Of a DNA stretch of 20,000 nt, positions 17,909 to 20,000 are shown piece by piece. Position 1 is the first letter of the stretch. Every line of letters starts with the position of its first letter. The translations under genes and the position numbers were made by a program. The DNA is from Trypethelium eluteriae (Eukaryota), in assembly GCA_051942245.1 (NCBI GenBank), contig JAVECL010000053.1, positions 51,505 to 71,504 on the forward strand, read 5' to 3'. Under the pieces are notes generated by a model, which saw only the letters and a program-made list of their open reading frames with translations, was not told the DNA's origin and did not search any database.

Positions 17909-20000
17909 ATGAACGGCGCAGGACGCAATGGACCCGGACGTAATGGTACACTTTCTCCGATTTCGACCGTAAGCAGCGAATCAACCTTGGTTTCGAAGTA
18001 CCAACCGCTCAACGGAGCCGATAATCCATATTCACCGGGCCTGAGTTCGGGCTCATACGGGGGCTCACCGCTCGCCTCTCCTCCTGCATCTTCAGACGGA
18101 CGTATGTCGAACGCTATGAGGGATAGAATGGGGAGCGGAAACCCGTCACCGCCCAGTTCCGTAGCACGCTCGAGCGATGGAAATGGGCTATACTCAGCAG
18201 GCATGAGTCAAGAAGCCAAGAGAGAAAGGGCAGCAAGGCTGGAGGAGGCGTTGCAAGAACACTATACTATGCTCAAAGGCTACTTAGCCTCGCAACTGAG
18301 GGGTGATCTAGGTGCTCGTCCAAACAAAGCGAGGGACAAATTGCTACGCCTATCAATGGGACAGTTTGAGGAGTTGAGTACGGATGTTTATGATGAATTG
18401 CGGCGAAGAGAGGACATGCGTTTAGGACGAGCAAAGAACGTCCCTCGCTTCTTACTCCCAATCAAGGACTTTCATCCCAAACGAAACCAAGCCCGCCAAA
18501 AGCTTGCAACCCTTCCTCCAGACAGATTTCGACAGCTTGCAACAGACGTCTTCTATGAACTAGAACGCAGATTTCCAAGGTTCAGTGGCAGGCCAGGAAG
18601 TCCAACCTTGAGTATTGCAAGTTCCAAGGGAGGACGATCAGGTCCAGGTTCAATGGGACCTCCAAGGGGCTCCAGTCGAGCAGGAGGTGGACCGCCTCCC
18701 TCCTATCGACCCTCACCTCCAGGGTCTAGTGGGCCCGGAATGAGCTCTCCGGAAGACGACTATGGAAAGCCGTTGCCCAAACAGTTTCAGCAAAATACGA
18801 TTGTGCCAAACAAGAGTACAATGGTGGAAGATGAGTCGGGAGAGGAGGAAGGAGAAACTGATCTCTATGATATGAGCAGATTGAGCAAACCAAGTGTCAA
18901 AAGCGGGAACAGCAGCGAGGTAAGGATTTTAATACATGAAATATTCCATTAGTACATCTAACATGCAGTTTCTCTCTAGTACCAGGGTCAAATCAGCCAG
19001 TTGGAGAACAAAGTCGACGAGCTTGAGGCGCAACTGCGAGAGAAGGATGCAGAAATGCAGAAGTTACGATCCTCACATTCAGAAAAAGAAGATGCAGCCG
19101 GGGCCGAAAGAGCAGAATGGGATGAAATGCGCGGTGATCTTGAACGGAAACTCGCTGACGCACAAACCCTCAACGAATCCATCCAATCCGAGCTCGAACG
19201 ATTCCGCACCGACAGCACCAACACCGAGCGCGAACTCCGCGTCCAGCTCGAGGAAGCTCGCGAAGCCCAGCCCACGAAAGGCTTCGACGAGGACAACAAC
19301 GACCAGGGCGAATGGCAACAACGCTACGAAACCCTCCAGCAGGAACTCTACGACCAGGAACAGATCATCGACGAAGTCCGACGCGAAGCGAAACAGTACC
19401 TCGCCGAAATGCGCAGCCTCAGCACCCAAAGCAGCGACGCCCTCGAATCCGAATCCCGCCTCATCGCCCAAGTGCACAGCCTCGAAGCCGAGCTCCAAGA
19501 CTGGAAGACGCGCTACGCCAAAGCCCGCACGCAGCTCCGCCACCTCCGCACCTCCTCGCTGGGCCTCGCGTCGCAGCCGCTGCAGCAAGCGGGGCATCTC
19601 GCGCGGAACGACACGCTGGTCGCGGCTGACGGGCTGGTCGCCGACGTGCACGTCACGCGGTTCCAGCTGTCCGTCGACGAGCTGCTGGCGACGGCAAGGC
19701 AGCCCGAGCGCGAAGGGCAGAGGCAGCGTACGCTCGACGCGATGAAGGGCGTGGTTATGGCGACCCGCGCTATCACGGCGGACTGCGATGCTGCGGGGAT
19801 CCAGACGCCGACGAGCGCCGCCTTGGTGTCGCCGGAGGTAGAGGCAGGAGGTCAGACGCCGACGACGAAGAATCCGAGTAGGTTGAAGGGGAAGGTGTCG
19901 GCCACCGCGAATAATTTGATTACGGCGGCGAAGAATCATGCTGGCGCGCAGGGGCTGGCGCCGGTGAGTCTGCTGGATGCGGCGGCGTCGCATTTGGTAA
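17909..20000 (+). CDS. SPA2: Spa2/GIT-family polarity scaffold (partial, 3' end beyond window), exons 17909-18919 and 18980->20000
   Basis: Two Spa2-homology repeats (ARDKLLRLSMGQFEELSTDVYDELRRRE; ARQKLATLPPDRFRQLATDVFYELERRF) and the IVPNKSTMVE motif. After intron 18920-18979 (GTAAGG...CTAAC...CTAG) the frame reads YQGQISQLENKVDELEAQLREK coiled coil...WKTRYAKARTQLR...FQLSVDELL...VSATANNLITAAKNH...PVSLLDAAASHL, open to the window end. Confidence 0.9.

Noticed and set aside
19079..19993. 304-aa antisense ORF over SPA2 exon 2
   Set aside because: Shadow of GC-rich coiled-coil coding sequence.
1..20000. Transposons, RIP-degraded repeats, CRISPR arrays, rRNA/tRNA, riboswitch
   Set aside because: No transposase or RT motifs, terminal repeats, AT-rich RIP blocks, spaced repeat arrays or recognisable structured-RNA signatures seen by eye.

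Overview
Gene-dense genomic DNA from a filamentous ascomycete (Pezizomycotina-like: short GT-AG introns, mostly 49-70 bp, with CTRAY branch points). I assembled nine protein-coding genes by hand, most of them spliced and so fragmented in the ORF track. In order: DUF3605/HIT-like protein (-), small single-pass membrane protein (+), U2AF small subunit (-), 1145-aa six-exon GPI-type surface protein with a Gly/Ser linker and six ~60-aa repeats (-), membrane-anchored pepsin-fold protein lacking its first catalytic Asp (+), orphan multi-TM ORF (-), Hos2-type HDAC (-) head-to-head with an ING/Yng2 PHD protein (+), and a Spa2/GIT polarity scaffold (+, runs off the window). I saw no tRNA, rRNA, transposase or CRISPR. 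The best candidate for an undescribed system is the three-gene cell-surface block (4504-12682) between housekeeping genes; its functional linkage is inference only. Other notable points are the Hos2/Yng2 shared promoter, three AAG 3' splice sites among 12 introns, and a Leu at the U2AF1 Q157-equivalent position. All gene models are manual predictions without transcript or database support.
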